Notes: generated by a model not told the origin, from the sequence alone. A stretch of 64,000 bases of DNA from Pseudomonadota bacterium (GCA_043821645.1 JBDRCO010000001.1:1-64000), one strand, 5' to 3'. Numbered from the stretch's first letter, positions 51,091 to 61,096 are shown. Numbers and translations: made by a program.

Positions 51091-52830
51091 ATGGCCAGAG
51101 CACCAGAGCAACAGGCCCGCGACAGCGATGCAAGCTCGCGCGCCGTGCACCAGCTCCTCGACGGCCTCGACGACGTGGTGGTCAGTCCCGAGGTGCAGCG
51201 CGTACTGTCCGAGCACGTGCGCGACCGCGAGACCGGTGTCTTCGGCCGCCGGGATCACGGTCTGGGCAGCTCGCTCGGGCTCAAGGACGCTGTGGTCAGC
51301 CGCGGCTCCTGCGCTCTGGGTGTTCCGCTGGTCGACCTCATGCGCGGTTCCATGTGCGTGCTGGTTGGGCCCAACGGTTCGGGCAAGAGTACCTTCTTTG
51401 ACGCCCTGATGGATGACGACAGCGTGACCCTCGACCTGCGCGAGGGCTCCGGCACCCTGGTGGTGGGCACCTCCAACAACCTGCACCGCAAGCGCCAGGG
51501 GCGCACCCGCCTGGCCCGCCTGGACCAGGAGGAGATCCTGGGGCCCATCGCCGGGCTCAGCGCCCTGGACACCCTGCGCCAGGGCCTGCGCTTCTTTCTC
51601 GACCAGTTCCCGGTCGACGACGCGCGCTGGGCCGAGCCCGACGGTTACGACGACAACCTGGCCAGCCAGGAGGCGCAGCTGCGCATCACCGAGATCACCT
51701 CGGCCCTGTTCAACCTCTTTCGCATGGACGAGTGCGCCCGCGTGCGGGTGCGCCAGCTCAGCGGCGGCGAGCGCACCAAGCTGTCGCTCATGCTGGTCAT
51801 GATGAGCGATGCCGACGTCGCCCTGTTCGACGAGCCCACCAACCACCTCGACCTGGTGACCATCGCCAAGCTGCTCGGCATCTTTGACAAGCTGCAGCGC
51901 GCGGGCGTCACCGTCGTCAACGTCAGCCACGTGGGCTGGTTTCTCAAGCTCGCCGGCACCCACCGCACCTTGCAGATCGACGGCGCGGTGCTGCAGTCCT
52001 ACCGCTCGCCCTTTGCCCGGGTGGGGCGCCACCTGCAGCTGTCGCCCACCCGCGTCGAGGGCATCGTCTGGTGCGCCGACGGACGCCCCAGCAGCGGCGT
52101 GCTGCTCGAGGGACTGCGCGACTGCAGCATCCCCGATTCGCCCTTGCAGCAGGTGCACTTCGGCTCGCTGGTGCCGGGCGAGGTGCGCCTGCTGATCGGC
52201 GACAACGGCAGCGGCAAGACCACGCTGCTGGAGTACTACGCGCGCCATGTCGAGGTGCGCCTGGGCAACGTGGCCTACCTGCCGCAGTTCTGGCCCGAGG
52301 ACTTCGTGGCTAGCCGTCCCACCACCGAGCGCTTCTTCGATCAGGTCGTCGAGCAGACCCTGGCGTCCTGCGACGCCCACGCCCTGAGCGTGGCCCGCAA
52401 TCGCTTTCTGCAGAAGCTGCAGGGCACCTCGCTCGACGGCAGGCATCGCCGCTTCTTCGATCTCAGCGGCGGCGAGCAGCGCCTGACCTGGTTCGTCGCC
52501 GTCAGCAGCATCCCGGCCGTCGACGTGATCATGGCCGACGAGCCCACCAACCACATGGACGATGGCATGCGCCAGCTCATCACCCGCGCCCTGGTCGACT
52601 TCGCGAACCGCGGAGGAGGCGTGCTGCTGTCGTCCCATGACCTGGACCTGATGCAGGCGCTGGAGGCCAACACCGCGGTGTCGCTCCGACTCGACACCTT
52701 CACCAAGCAGGACGGCCGCACGGTGATCCAGACCTTCGAGGGCAAGAGCATCAGCGCCCACGTCAGCGAGCGCATCGCCGCTGCCCGTATCCAGGGCGGC
52801 CGCGCCATCGAGAGCAAGCGCGCGCGCTGA
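51091..52830 (+). CDS. Divergent tandem-NBD ABC ATPase, ABC-F-like
   Basis: GPNGSGKST/LSGGE/DEPTNHLD/VSH and GDNGSGKTT/LSGGE/DEPTNHMD/SSHD; no TM; start uncertain. Confidence 0.85.
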   Translation: MARAPEQQARDSDASSRAVHQLLDGLDDVVVSPEVQRVLSEHVRDRETGVFGRRDHGLGSSLGLKDAVVSRGSCALGVPLVDLMRGSMCVLVGPNGSGKSTFFDALMDDDSVTLDLREGSGTLVVGTSNNLHRKRQGRTRLARLDQEEILGPIAGLSALDTLRQGLRFFLDQFPVDDARWAEPDGYDDNLASQEAQLRITEITSALFNLFRMDECARVRVRQLSGGERTKLSLMLVMMSDADVALFDEPTNHLDLVTIAKLLGIFDKLQRAGVTVVNVSHVGWFLKLAGTHRTLQIDGAVLQSYRSPFARVGRHLQLSPTRVEGIVWCADGRPSSGVLLEGLRDCSIPDSPLQQVHFGSLVPGEVRLLIGDNGSGKTTLLEYYARHVEVRLGNVAYLPQFWPEDFVASRPTTERFFDQVVEQTLASCDAHALSVARNRFLQKLQGTSLDGRHRRFFDLSGGEQRLTWFVAVSSIPAVDVIMADEPTNHMDDGMRQLITRALVDFANRGGGVLLSSHDLDLMQALEANTAVSLRLDTFTKQDGRTVIQTFEGKSISAHVSERIAAARIQGGRAIESKRAR

Positions 52831-53014
52831 CGTCGGCCTGCTCGCGAGACCCCGCCTCGCCGATGCGCCCCCCTGGTTGCCGTCGCCACCGCGGCCTACA
52901 TCGACACTCGTCGACCTGGTTCCCCTCACGCTGCGTCACAACAAGGACCTGCATGCTCCTGCGCACCAGCGCAGGGCCACGCGATAGCGACATAGCCACT
53001 GGAGGGACACACCC

Positions 53015-53263
53015 ATGCATCACTCCGACAGCTGCGACTGCGACCACCTGAAACTGGAAGTGACGGGACAGGGTGAGGTGGATGACTGCCCGACCTGTGG
53101 TGCCGTGACCTGGCTGGGCGAGGAGAAGCCAGAGCAGGTCGCGGGAGACGCGCTGACCTGCGCGAACTGTGGCACGCGGGTCATCGCCTGGATAGGCGAG
53201 AACAAGGTGAGCACCCTGCGCCGATGCCTGTCCTGCGACGACGTGGTGGTCCTGCAAACTTGA
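53015..53263 (+). CDS. Small Cys-rich zinc-ribbon protein (82 aa)
   Basis: GGAGGG RBS; CDC, CPTCG, CANCG and CLSC pairs. Confidence 0.7.
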   Translation: MHHSDSCDCDHLKLEVTGQGEVDDCPTCGAVTWLGEEKPEQVAGDALTCANCGTRVIAWIGENKVSTLRRCLSCDDVVVLQT

Positions 53264-53487
53264 GACATCCAGCAACGGCCGAAGTATGACCGCATACAGG
53301 TGCGCGTCAGACCCGGGGCAGCGGTCACGCGCAGCGGGCTGGCCAGCAGGCGCCAGAAGGGACTGTCGTCGGGCATGCGCGGCTCCCCCCTTTTACCAAC
53401 TCGGTCACCCTGCTCACGGCTTGCGCGCGACCGGCCAAAGGCGCTTGATGGGAGTCCGTTCGATCCCCAGAAGCTCAGGAGAAGACC

Positions 53488-53853
53488 ATGAAGACCTTTC
53501 TTGTCGCCCTCGCCCTGGTTACCTGCGTCTGCCTGGCCCGCCCTGCCCTGGCCGCCGAGTACAAGTGCAAGGGCGACAGCGTCGACAAGAGCGGCAGCAC
53601 GCAGTTCAAGATCCGCCGCTCGGGCACGGACTTCACCGTCGAGAAGTCGGGCAGCACCAAGGGCAAATGCAAGAAGAGCGGCAGCAAGTACGTGATCGAG
53701 GTGTCCGGCAGCACCAAGGCCACCATCGAGAACGGCAAGATCTACAAGAGTGGCTCGTCCTGGGGCACCGTGTCCGAGGCCCAGCGCACCTTCGAGTGCC
53801 CGGACAACGAGGCCGCGACCTTGTGGGTGTTGCAGAAGATAGGCGCGATCTAG
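53488..53853 (+). CDS. Small secreted Lys-rich beta-repeat protein
   Basis: AGGAG RBS; signal ending ALA-AE; four xxKSGS(T/S)-type repeats. Confidence 0.8.
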   Translation: MKTFLVALALVTCVCLARPALAAEYKCKGDSVDKSGSTQFKIRRSGTDFTVEKSGSTKGKCKKSGSKYVIEVSGSTKATIENGKIYKSGSSWGTVSEAQRTFECPDNEAATLWVLQKIGAI

Positions 53854-54335
53854 GGCCTGCGCCTGTCGCGAAAAAAAACTCGGAGCATCCGCGCCGCCGC
53901 CTCGGCCTCTATCCCGCTCAACACGTCGAGGCGATGGTTGAGCCGCGGATCTCGCACCAGGTCCATGAGCGAACCACAAGCTCCCGTGCGCGGGTCCGGC
54001 GTCGCGTACACCAGGCGGTCGACTCGAGCGTGAACGAGTGCGCCGGCGCACATGGGACAGGGTTCGAGTGTGACGTAGAGTGCGCAGCCGGTCAGGCGCC
54101 AGCGCCCGAGCACGCGAGAGGCCTCGCGCAGCGCCAGGATCTCAGCGTGAGCCAGGGGATCGCGATCCACCTCCCGCCGGTTGTGGCCCGTGGCCACCAC
54201 CTGCCCGTCGAGCACGACCACCGCTCCCACGGGGACATCGTCGTGATCCAGCGCCAGCCTGGCCTCGGCCAGGGCTCGCGCCATGAAAGCCGTGTGCACC
54301 ACATCGGCACCGGCACCATCACCCACCGTCGTCAA
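53850..54335 (-). CDS. tadA: tRNA adenosine(34) deaminase
   Basis: DVPVGAV, N.RE...DPLAHAE, WRL.GC.LYVTLEPCPMCAGA, NHR; true start may be slightly downstream of TTG 54335. Confidence 0.93.
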   Translation of the reverse strand: MTTVGDGAGADVVHTAFMARALAEARLALDHDDVPVGAVVVLDGQVVATGHNRREVDRDPLAHAEILALREASRVLGRWRLTGCALYVTLEPCPMCAGALVHARVDRLVYATPDPRTGACGSLMDLVRDPRLNHRLDVLSGIEAEAAARMLRVFFRDRRRP

Positions 54336-56257
54336 CGCTTGAGGCGGCGCACGAACAGGTTGCTGCCGACCTTGAAGATCAGGAAGGGGCTGTCACGCGG
54401 CACCGGCACCTTGTCACTGAATCGGCCGGCTTTGTCAGGGGACAGGTTCTTACCATTTGCTGACACGTTGCTCCCTGGCGCCACCATGCCGCGGGTCTCG
54501 ATGCTGCCGCCGCTGATGCGGGCGTTGGGCCGGGGCGTCAGGATGCGCAGCAACATGTCGTTCGAATCGAACTTGACCTCGAGGTCATACATGTCCGACG
54601 TCGACAGGTTTTTTCCTGCGGCATCCAGCGCACTGTAGGCCCACACGTACTTGCCGTCCTTCAGGGTCCCGGGAGCCAACCGGAGCTTGGCCTCGGTGGT
54701 CACCTGCTCAACCAGCGGCTTGTCAAACGAGCCGTCAGCGTAAATGGCCACGCGGTATTGCGGGGTGCCTGGCCGCTCGGTCCATCGAAAGGTGAGCTGC
54801 GGCGTCTGCCATTGCTGGTACACGACGACGGTACGCTCGCCGGAGGCCCGCACGATGTTCTTGCGCGCGTCCCCTCCCGAGGCGTCCTGGTCCCGCGCCA
54901 GGATCAGGCGCTGCGCCGGAGCGCTCTGCTGGGCGTTGCGCACCCGCCAGTGGTAGCCACCAAAACCAAGGCGGTCGGTGGTGTAAGTGGTGTCGGGGAC
55001 CGTGGCTACGGTGATCAGGTTCTTGAACTCGGGATCCTTGGCGATCTCGATCGTGTAGGGGCCCTGTCCCTCGAGCTCGGACCAGACAAAGGTCAGAGCG
55101 GGCAGGCTCCCCGCGGCATACACCCGCCGCACGCCGGTGTTGATCTGCAGGGCGCTGCGCCCGACCGCGCGCACGCTGGCGGCGCCATTGCGATCGATGA
55201 GGGCTTCCTGGTTGGCCAGGACCTCGGCCGTGCTGCCATCCGCGGCCCGCACCGACGCCCGACCCTCGACCACCCGGATCCGTCCACCCCGCGCGTCGCC
55301 GCTGACCTCGACGTCGGCTCCGTGGCCCGACGCGATGATGGTGGCCTGCACCCCGCCCAGGGCCACCACCTGTCGCTGGTTGGCCACAAGCAGGACCTGG
55401 CTGCCACCACGGCGCAGCATGAAGCTCGCCCCGCCAGCGCCGACCTCGAGCTGACTCCGGCGATCGACGCGGGCCTCGCCGGCGTCACCGAGCCCCAGGG
55501 TGGCCTGGCCCGAGCGCGCCTCGACCACGTCGCCCACTTCAAGCGCGTCACCGGCACTGGCCACTCGAAAGCGGCCCTGGCCACCCGCCTGGCGATACAC
55601 GCCGCGTCCAGCCTTGAGTGTGACCACGATGGGCGAGGTCTCACCCAGGTCCGGGGTGGTGCCCGCATCCGCGGTCCCGGCATCCACGGGTTCGCCGAAC
55701 ACGATGCCGCTCTTGTCCAGGCGCACGGTGATGCCCTGGGTGATGGTGTTCTGCCCGAGCTGCACCTGACCGAGCAAGGTGCGCACGCTGAGCCCGTCGT
55801 CACCCGAGGTCACGGCGATGCGAGAGGGATCCGCCCCGAACTGGATGGGCCCAAGCGAGGTCATCACCACCAGACCCGCGGCGGTGCCCTCGGCTTCGAT
55901 GGTACCGAACAGCAAGCGCACCTGGCGCGCCAGCATCCCCTCGGGGCCAGCCTCGACCACCAGGGAGCTCGAGGGTCCCAGGGTCACGCTGCTGCCGTCG
56001 GGAAACCGCAGCGTTGCACTGCCTTGCTCATCGGAGCTGACCGTGTCACCAGGCCGCACCTCGGTTCCGTTGCCCGCCGCGAAGGCGGTGGCACTGCCGT
56101 GGCTGACCTGGACCAGTGGCGAGACTTCCTGCAGCACGCCAGCCGGTGCTGGCTGGCATCGGTCACAGCTTGCCAGCACGATCAGTAGCCCGGACAGCAG
56201 GGTCCGCGACCCGATCGGCGGCGAGCGCTCAGATTGTGTCATACCCCACGTTGCCAT
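54332..56257 (-). CDS. Protein with two FecR-like domains and FnIII/Ig-like C-terminal domains
   Basis: TM/lipobox LASC; VRPGDTVSSD...ATLRFPDGSSVTLGPSS and LEVGDVVEA...ATL.LGD...RVDRRSQL; RVVEGRASV; YTIEIAKDPEF...YHWRVR. Confidence 0.8.
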   Translation of the reverse strand: MATWGMTQSERSPPIGSRTLLSGLLIVLASCDRCQPAPAGVLQEVSPLVQVSHGSATAFAAGNGTEVRPGDTVSSDEQGSATLRFPDGSSVTLGPSSSLVVEAGPEGMLARQVRLLFGTIEAEGTAAGLVVMTSLGPIQFGADPSRIAVTSGDDGLSVRTLLGQVQLGQNTITQGITVRLDKSGIVFGEPVDAGTADAGTTPDLGETSPIVVTLKAGRGVYRQAGGQGRFRVASAGDALEVGDVVEARSGQATLGLGDAGEARVDRRSQLEVGAGGASFMLRRGGSQVLLVANQRQVVALGGVQATIIASGHGADVEVSGDARGGRIRVVEGRASVRAADGSTAEVLANQEALIDRNGAASVRAVGRSALQINTGVRRVYAAGSLPALTFVWSELEGQGPYTIEIAKDPEFKNLITVATVPDTTYTTDRLGFGGYHWRVRNAQQSAPAQRLILARDQDASGGDARKNIVRASGERTVVVYQQWQTPQLTFRWTERPGTPQYRVAIYADGSFDKPLVEQVTTEAKLRLAPGTLKDGKYVWAYSALDAAGKNLSTSDMYDLEVKFDSNDMLLRILTPRPNARISGGSIETRGMVAPGSNVSANGKNLSPDKAGRFSDKVPVPRDSPFLIFKVGSNLFVRRLKR

Positions 56258-56293
56258 GGCTGGCTCGCTCGGCGCCGCGAGTCGCAGCGCGAA

Positions 56294-57805
56294 TCACTTG
56301 GCCAGATCCACGTTGAGGATAACGACGTCGCCCGGACGAATGCGAATTTTCTTTTTCTGGGTTCGGTAGCCGGCTGCTCCCACGGCCACCGAGTGGTCAC
56401 CCACGGGGACCTGGAAGCTGAACGCGCCGGTCGCCTTGTCGGTCTTGAAGCGACCGTCCTTGAGACCGGTGATCACGATGCTGGCCTCGAGCGGCCCGCC
56501 GTCGGCACCCTTGATGTTGCCGCGGATCTCGCCGAACTGCGCGGCCCCGGTCTTGGTGAGGCTGATCTCGATCGTGCGCACCGCATCGGCTCCGACCATG
56601 GCGTTGGCCTCGCCCACATCGTATCCGGCCGCCACCGCCTTGAGCTTGACCGGGCGATTGGCCGCCAGGGGGAAGGTCACGAAGGTGCCGTCGGCGCCAT
56701 TGACCGTGAGCGGGCTGGACTCGGCTCCCACCACCTCGACCACGGCATCCACCACCGGACTCCTGCTCGCCACATCCACCACGGTACCCTGGATGCGGCC
56801 GGTGGGCGGAGCCACCTCCTTGACAACCTCCTTGATCACCTCTTTGGGCTTGTCGTCGAGTGGGGGCGGCGGCGACGTCACGGCCTCGCCGGGGCGGGCG
56901 AAGGGATCAAAGCGGTAAGCCACGCCCAGGTTGACCGCCCAGGGGGGAACGGCCGGGACATCCACGGCGATGGGATCGGGCCTCAAATAGGCCAGTTCGC
57001 CGGCCGCTGTCAGCAGCAGCATGTCCTCGCGTCCGAGGCCAACGCGCAGGCCCGCGCCCAGGTAGCCAGCGAGAGCCTTGGAAGTATCCACGCCGACCAC
57101 CGGCGCGTCGAAGGTGGTCTCGACGAAGGGTGCCAGCGACAGGATCTCGAGCACGGCAATGCGGTAGTCCACGCCCAGCCCGACGTCGACCGAGGGAGTA
57201 TTGGCGACCTGGGCACTGTAGCGCAGCACCGGTTCCAGCGGCTCCGTGAAGGCGAGTTCGGAGCGCCGCCAGCGCGCACCCAGGTTGAGGCTGGCATTGA
57301 GCCCGAAGGGTGCATGGTAGCCGGCGGCCAGCGTAAGTTCGGGGCTCACGGCCTGCCAGGCCAGACCGAAGCCGCTGCCGTCGGTGGGAAACAGCACCTC
57401 GAGCTGCCCACCCAGGGACAACCAGGGCATGAGCAGTGCCCCGCCGCGCAGGATGAGCGAGGGATCGCCGACGGTCTGGCTGACCTGCGGAGTTCGAAGC
57501 TCGTGGTGGTTGGCCAGGGTGCCGAAACCGACACCGAGCATCAGGTTATCCAGCGGAGCACCGAGCACAGCCACGCGCGCGCCGAACTGGGAATCCTTGG
57601 AGCCATCTCCGAACAGATCCTCGGTGTAGCTGTAGGAACCCGTCGTGGTCAGAGCGAAGCTACCTTGAGAAAGCCCGCGGCCGTCGAGCACCCGGACATA
57701 GGTCAGGCTCGATGGAGAACCCTCGTCGGCTCGAGCCACGCCAGGATCCTGGAGAGATCCCAGAACCACGACCGCAATCCACAGATTCCGCAGGAGCCAC
57801 GTCAT
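56294..57805 (-). CDS. Outer-membrane barrel-like protein with two C-terminal carboxypeptidase-regulatory-like domains
   Basis: Signal peptide; alternating beta strands, GDPSL, LFPTDG, NLGVAYRF barrel end; Pro-rich linker; GRIQGTVVD...ADGTF and GEIRGNI...GAFSFQVPVG.H...AAGY. Confidence 0.7.
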   Translation of the reverse strand: MTWLLRNLWIAVVVLGSLQDPGVARADEGSPSSLTYVRVLDGRGLSQGSFALTTTGSYSYTEDLFGDGSKDSQFGARVAVLGAPLDNLMLGVGFGTLANHHELRTPQVSQTVGDPSLILRGGALLMPWLSLGGQLEVLFPTDGSGFGLAWQAVSPELTLAAGYHAPFGLNASLNLGARWRRSELAFTEPLEPVLRYSAQVANTPSVDVGLGVDYRIAVLEILSLAPFVETTFDAPVVGVDTSKALAGYLGAGLRVGLGREDMLLLTAAGELAYLRPDPIAVDVPAVPPWAVNLGVAYRFDPFARPGEAVTSPPPPLDDKPKEVIKEVVKEVAPPTGRIQGTVVDVASRSPVVDAVVEVVGAESSPLTVNGADGTFVTFPLAANRPVKLKAVAAGYDVGEANAMVGADAVRTIEISLTKTGAAQFGEIRGNIKGADGGPLEASIVITGLKDGRFKTDKATGAFSFQVPVGDHSVAVGAAGYRTQKKKIRIRPGDVVILNVDLAK

Positions 57806-57841
57806 GGCAAGGTCCCCTTGTCGGCTGGGTGATCATACTCG

Positions 57842-59665
57842 ATGCCCCACATGCCGTCATATTTTTCATGGGTGGAGTGCCGGTTCCCGGAGGTGGACGT
57901 CACTGCGCGTGCCGCCTATCATCTGGGGCTGATCGGCCTGCCCTGGCCATCGCGAGAATACGTGGACGAACACTGCACCTACTGTGGATCGGCGCGCGAT
58001 CCAAGCCACGACAAGCCTTGGCGCTGCAAGCGCTGTGGCGCCCTGGTGCCCTGGGCCCAGCAGCCGCCGCACGGCAGACCCATCGAGTTCGGTCCCTACA
58101 CGCTGGTGCGCCGCATCGCGGCCGGTGGCATGGGTGTGGTGTACGAGGCCCAGCGCAAGACCGTGCAAGGCTTCGAGAAAGCCTTTGCGGTCAAGCGCCT
58201 GCTGCCGGCCCTGAGTTCGGACCGGGACTTCGTCGACATGATCGTGGACGAGGCCAAGATCTGCGCCCAGCTCGAGCACCCCAACATCGTGCAGGTGTTC
58301 GAGCTCGATCAAGTCGATCGCGAGTTCTACATGGCGATGGAGTACGTGGCCGGCGGCACCATGGCCACCATGCTGCGGTTCAGCGCCGCGACCCGACGAC
58401 TGCTACCGGTGCCACTGGTGCTGTACATCGTCGCCGAGGCGCTCAAGGGTCTGGCTCACGCTCACGGGAGCGGTCGCGGTGGCAGCACCGAGGCCATCAT
58501 CCACCGTGACGTGTCGCCTCAGAACATCATGATCGGCCGTGATGGACGCGTGAAGCTGACCGACTTTGGCATCGCCAAGGCCATGGCCTCGTCGACAGTG
58601 AGCCGGATCGGCACGGTGAAGGGCAAGCTCGCCTACATGGCCCCCGAGCTCCTGAGCGGCCAGCGCGCCACCCAGCGCGTTGACGTGTTCGCCATGGGCG
58701 TGTTGCTGCACGAGGCCTTCTCGAGCCGGCGGCTGTTCAGGGCGGAAACCGAGGCCGCACTGATCTCGACCGTGCTACGCGGTGAGATCCCACCGCTGGC
58801 GCGCTATCGCTCCGACGTGCCGCGGCCCATCGAGCAGGTGATCCTCGGGGCGCTGTCGCGCGATCCCACCCAGCGCTATCCCGACGCCCGCGCGCTGCGC
58901 GATCACTTCCTGCAAGCTGTTCCCGCCGGCATGCTCGAATCGGGACTGGTGCAGAGCGAGAAGTACATCGCCGAGTTTTACGACATCGTGGGACTCCCCG
59001 GCGAACCTCTGGACCCTGTGAACGATGCGCCGATGAAGGGCCGGCGGAAGACCCCGGTGCAGTCACCCGCACAGGATGGCTCGCAGCCGGCCATCCTGCC
59101 TGACTTTGTCGACGTCGACATGAAGGACCGCAAGCAGTCGCGCTGGCTCCTGCCCGCGGGCATTGCAGGAATGGTGCTGGCGAGCGTGGTGGGTGGCGTG
59201 CTGTGGCTCGGTGGTACCCCCACGTCGGCGGGTTCCGACGCAGCCTGGAGCCTCCGTGACGCTGCAACGGCGCCGGACACGGTGAACACGGTGGCCGTCT
59301 CCGTGGATGCCGGCCACACACCCACAGCACCGGACGCGGGGATCGCCGCCACCGTCGATGCGAGAGCCAGGCCCAAGCCGCGCAAGCTCACGGTGCGCGA
59401 CATCGAGCGCACCTTCAACAAGCACATGGGCGCGCTCAACGCCTGCGGAGCCCAGCACCGGTCCGTGCTGCCTCCGGGCGGGGTCAAGGTGGCCCTTGTG
59501 ATCCAGTCCGATGGCAACGTGACCAAGGCCGTGCTGGCTCCGACGTCCATCCAGGGCACGGGCCTGGACCGCTGCCTGAGCAAGGTTGTGGCCCGCATGC
59601 GCTTCCCGGCGCACAAGGACGCCGAGATGAGCGTCACCGTGCCTCTTCAGTTCCAGGTGCAGTAG
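57842..59665 (+). CDS. Ser/Thr protein kinase with N-terminal Cys4 ribbon, TM helix and AgmX/PglI (TonB-C-like) C-terminal domain
   Basis: Intact IAAGGMG, AVKR, DEAK, HRDVSPQN, DFG, APE; CTYCG...CKRCG; C-terminus LNACG...IQSDGNV...LDRCL...MRFP...VTVPLQF. Start uncertain (possibly GTG 57962). Confidence 0.92.
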   Translation: MPHMPSYFSWVECRFPEVDVTARAAYHLGLIGLPWPSREYVDEHCTYCGSARDPSHDKPWRCKRCGALVPWAQQPPHGRPIEFGPYTLVRRIAAGGMGVVYEAQRKTVQGFEKAFAVKRLLPALSSDRDFVDMIVDEAKICAQLEHPNIVQVFELDQVDREFYMAMEYVAGGTMATMLRFSAATRRLLPVPLVLYIVAEALKGLAHAHGSGRGGSTEAIIHRDVSPQNIMIGRDGRVKLTDFGIAKAMASSTVSRIGTVKGKLAYMAPELLSGQRATQRVDVFAMGVLLHEAFSSRRLFRAETEAALISTVLRGEIPPLARYRSDVPRPIEQVILGALSRDPTQRYPDARALRDHFLQAVPAGMLESGLVQSEKYIAEFYDIVGLPGEPLDPVNDAPMKGRRKTPVQSPAQDGSQPAILPDFVDVDMKDRKQSRWLLPAGIAGMVLASVVGGVLWLGGTPTSAGSDAAWSLRDAATAPDTVNTVAVSVDAGHTPTAPDAGIAATVDARARPKPRKLTVRDIERTFNKHMGALNACGAQHRSVLPPGGVKVALVIQSDGNVTKAVLAPTSIQGTGLDRCLSKVVARMRFPAHKDAEMSVTVPLQFQVQ

Positions 59666-59674
59666 GAGCCCGTC

Positions 59675-61096
59675 ATGCCCAGGTTTCTCGTCGCGGTCGG
59701 CCTCGCGCTGCTCCTCGTCGCCTGCCCCGACCCCGGCCTCGACGTCGACGCGGGCACCGGCCCCACTCTGGTGCTGCTCGAGGCGCCCAGTCCGGCGCGC
59801 GGTCCACTGCGAGTGCACCTGATCGTGGAGACGACCCGGGCCCTGAGCCTGGGCCTCGACGTGGACAGCGGCTCGGGTTCTGGCCCGGCCACCCTGTTCG
59901 AGGCTGCCTCGGACCTGCCCACACCCGATCCCAGCGCAGGCCGCATCGAGGTCACGCTGATCTGGGACAGTGTCAGCGACGTCGACGGCGACGCCCCGGT
60001 GCAGCTGCGCGCGCGCTGGAGCGCCGGGGGCGACAGCGGAGTGCTGGAGCCGGCGACCACGGTGCAGGTGAACAACGATCCCGATACCACGCGCTGGGTG
60101 CTGGCCCCACACCCCTCGGGCATGCTGCCCTCGGGCGGCTCGTCCAACGTCAACGATCAGGTCTCCGTGCTGACCCTGGATGCGCACGGTGGCATCGCCG
60201 ACACCGGCACCGACCTCACGGTCGGCACGGGCCCCAGCAAGGCCCTGTTCACCCCCGACGGCACCCTGGCCTTCACCCTCAACGGGCGCGATTCCACGGT
60301 GACCGTGCTCGACGTCACCGCGAGCGGCATCACCCGCCGCACTGGCGCTCTGGATCTGAGCCCCTACAGCTTCTACGACCTGGCCGTAGCCCCGGACGGT
60401 ACCTCGCTATTCGTGGTCGCGGGCACCGGACCTGAGAACGCCCTGTTCGAGTACGACCTGAGCAGTGGCACACCGGTCGAGATGCGCAGCCTGGATCTGG
60501 GATCCGTGGCCCAGTGCCTCGCCGTGTTCCCGCGCGGCGACCTCATCGCGGTGGGGCGCGGCAGTCCGAACGGTCGCTGGTTCGAGATCTACGACCGCCG
60601 CGACCTGAGCCTGGTGGGCGCCGTCGAGTACGACGCGTTGCTGTGCTCGGGGCTGCGCGTGTCCCTGGACGCACACTGGGCGGTGAGCGCCGACCAGCTG
60701 GGCAGCACCCAGGTGGCCCTGTTCGATGTCTCCGACGCCACGGCGCCAACAGTGGTGGCCACAGTGAGCAACCTGACCGCGGTGGTTGAGGGGATCTTTC
60801 ACCCGGACAGCAGCGCCCTGGCCGTGAGCACGCTCAACGGCAACAGCGTGGTGCCCTACGCCATCAGCAGCAGCGGCCAGCTCAGCGCGGGCAGCAAGGT
60901 CTCGGGGGGCCTGTCCCTGGCCGCCGAGATGGACATCGTGACCCGGGGCAGCCAGCGCGGCCTGATCGCAGTGTCCGCGTTGACCGCGGTGGTCATGGTG
61001 CAGCTCGATGCCGCGGGCACCGCCTACAAGCGCGGCACCGTGGATCTGGGCAGCGGCATCGAGAACTCGGTCGAGGGGCTGGCGATCTCACCCTGA
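59675..61096 (+). CDS. Lipoprotein with YncE/lactonase-like beta-propeller
   Basis: AGGAG RBS, LVAC lipobox, VGTGPS..LFTPDG, AVAPDG, FHPDS, LAISP. Confidence 0.8.
   Translation: MPRFLVAVGLALLLVACPDPGLDVDAGTGPTLVLLEAPSPARGPLRVHLIVETTRALSLGLDVDSGSGSGPATLFEAASDLPTPDPSAGRIEVTLIWDSVSDVDGDAPVQLRARWSAGGDSGVLEPATTVQVNNDPDTTRWVLAPHPSGMLPSGGSSNVNDQVSVLTLDAHGGIADTGTDLTVGTGPSKALFTPDGTLAFTLNGRDSTVTVLDVTASGITRRTGALDLSPYSFYDLAVAPDGTSLFVVAGTGPENALFEYDLSSGTPVEMRSLDLGSVAQCLAVFPRGDLIAVGRGSPNGRWFEIYDRRDLSLVGAVEYDALLCSGLRVSLDAHWAVSADQLGSTQVALFDVSDATAPTVVATVSNLTAVVEGIFHPDSSALAVSTLNGNSVVPYAISSSGQLSAGSKVSGGLSLAAEMDIVTRGSQRGLIAVSALTAVVMVQLDAAGTAYKRGTVDLGSGIENSVEGLAISP

Noticed and set aside
53450-53470. GTTCGATCCC resembling a tRNA T-loop
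   Set aside because: The flanks do not form a T-stem, and no acceptor, D or anticodon arms can be built.
53871-53878. A8 homopolymer in the 3' end of tadA
   Set aside because: It encodes the normal Val-Phe-Phe of the TadA C-terminal helix and the frame is intact.
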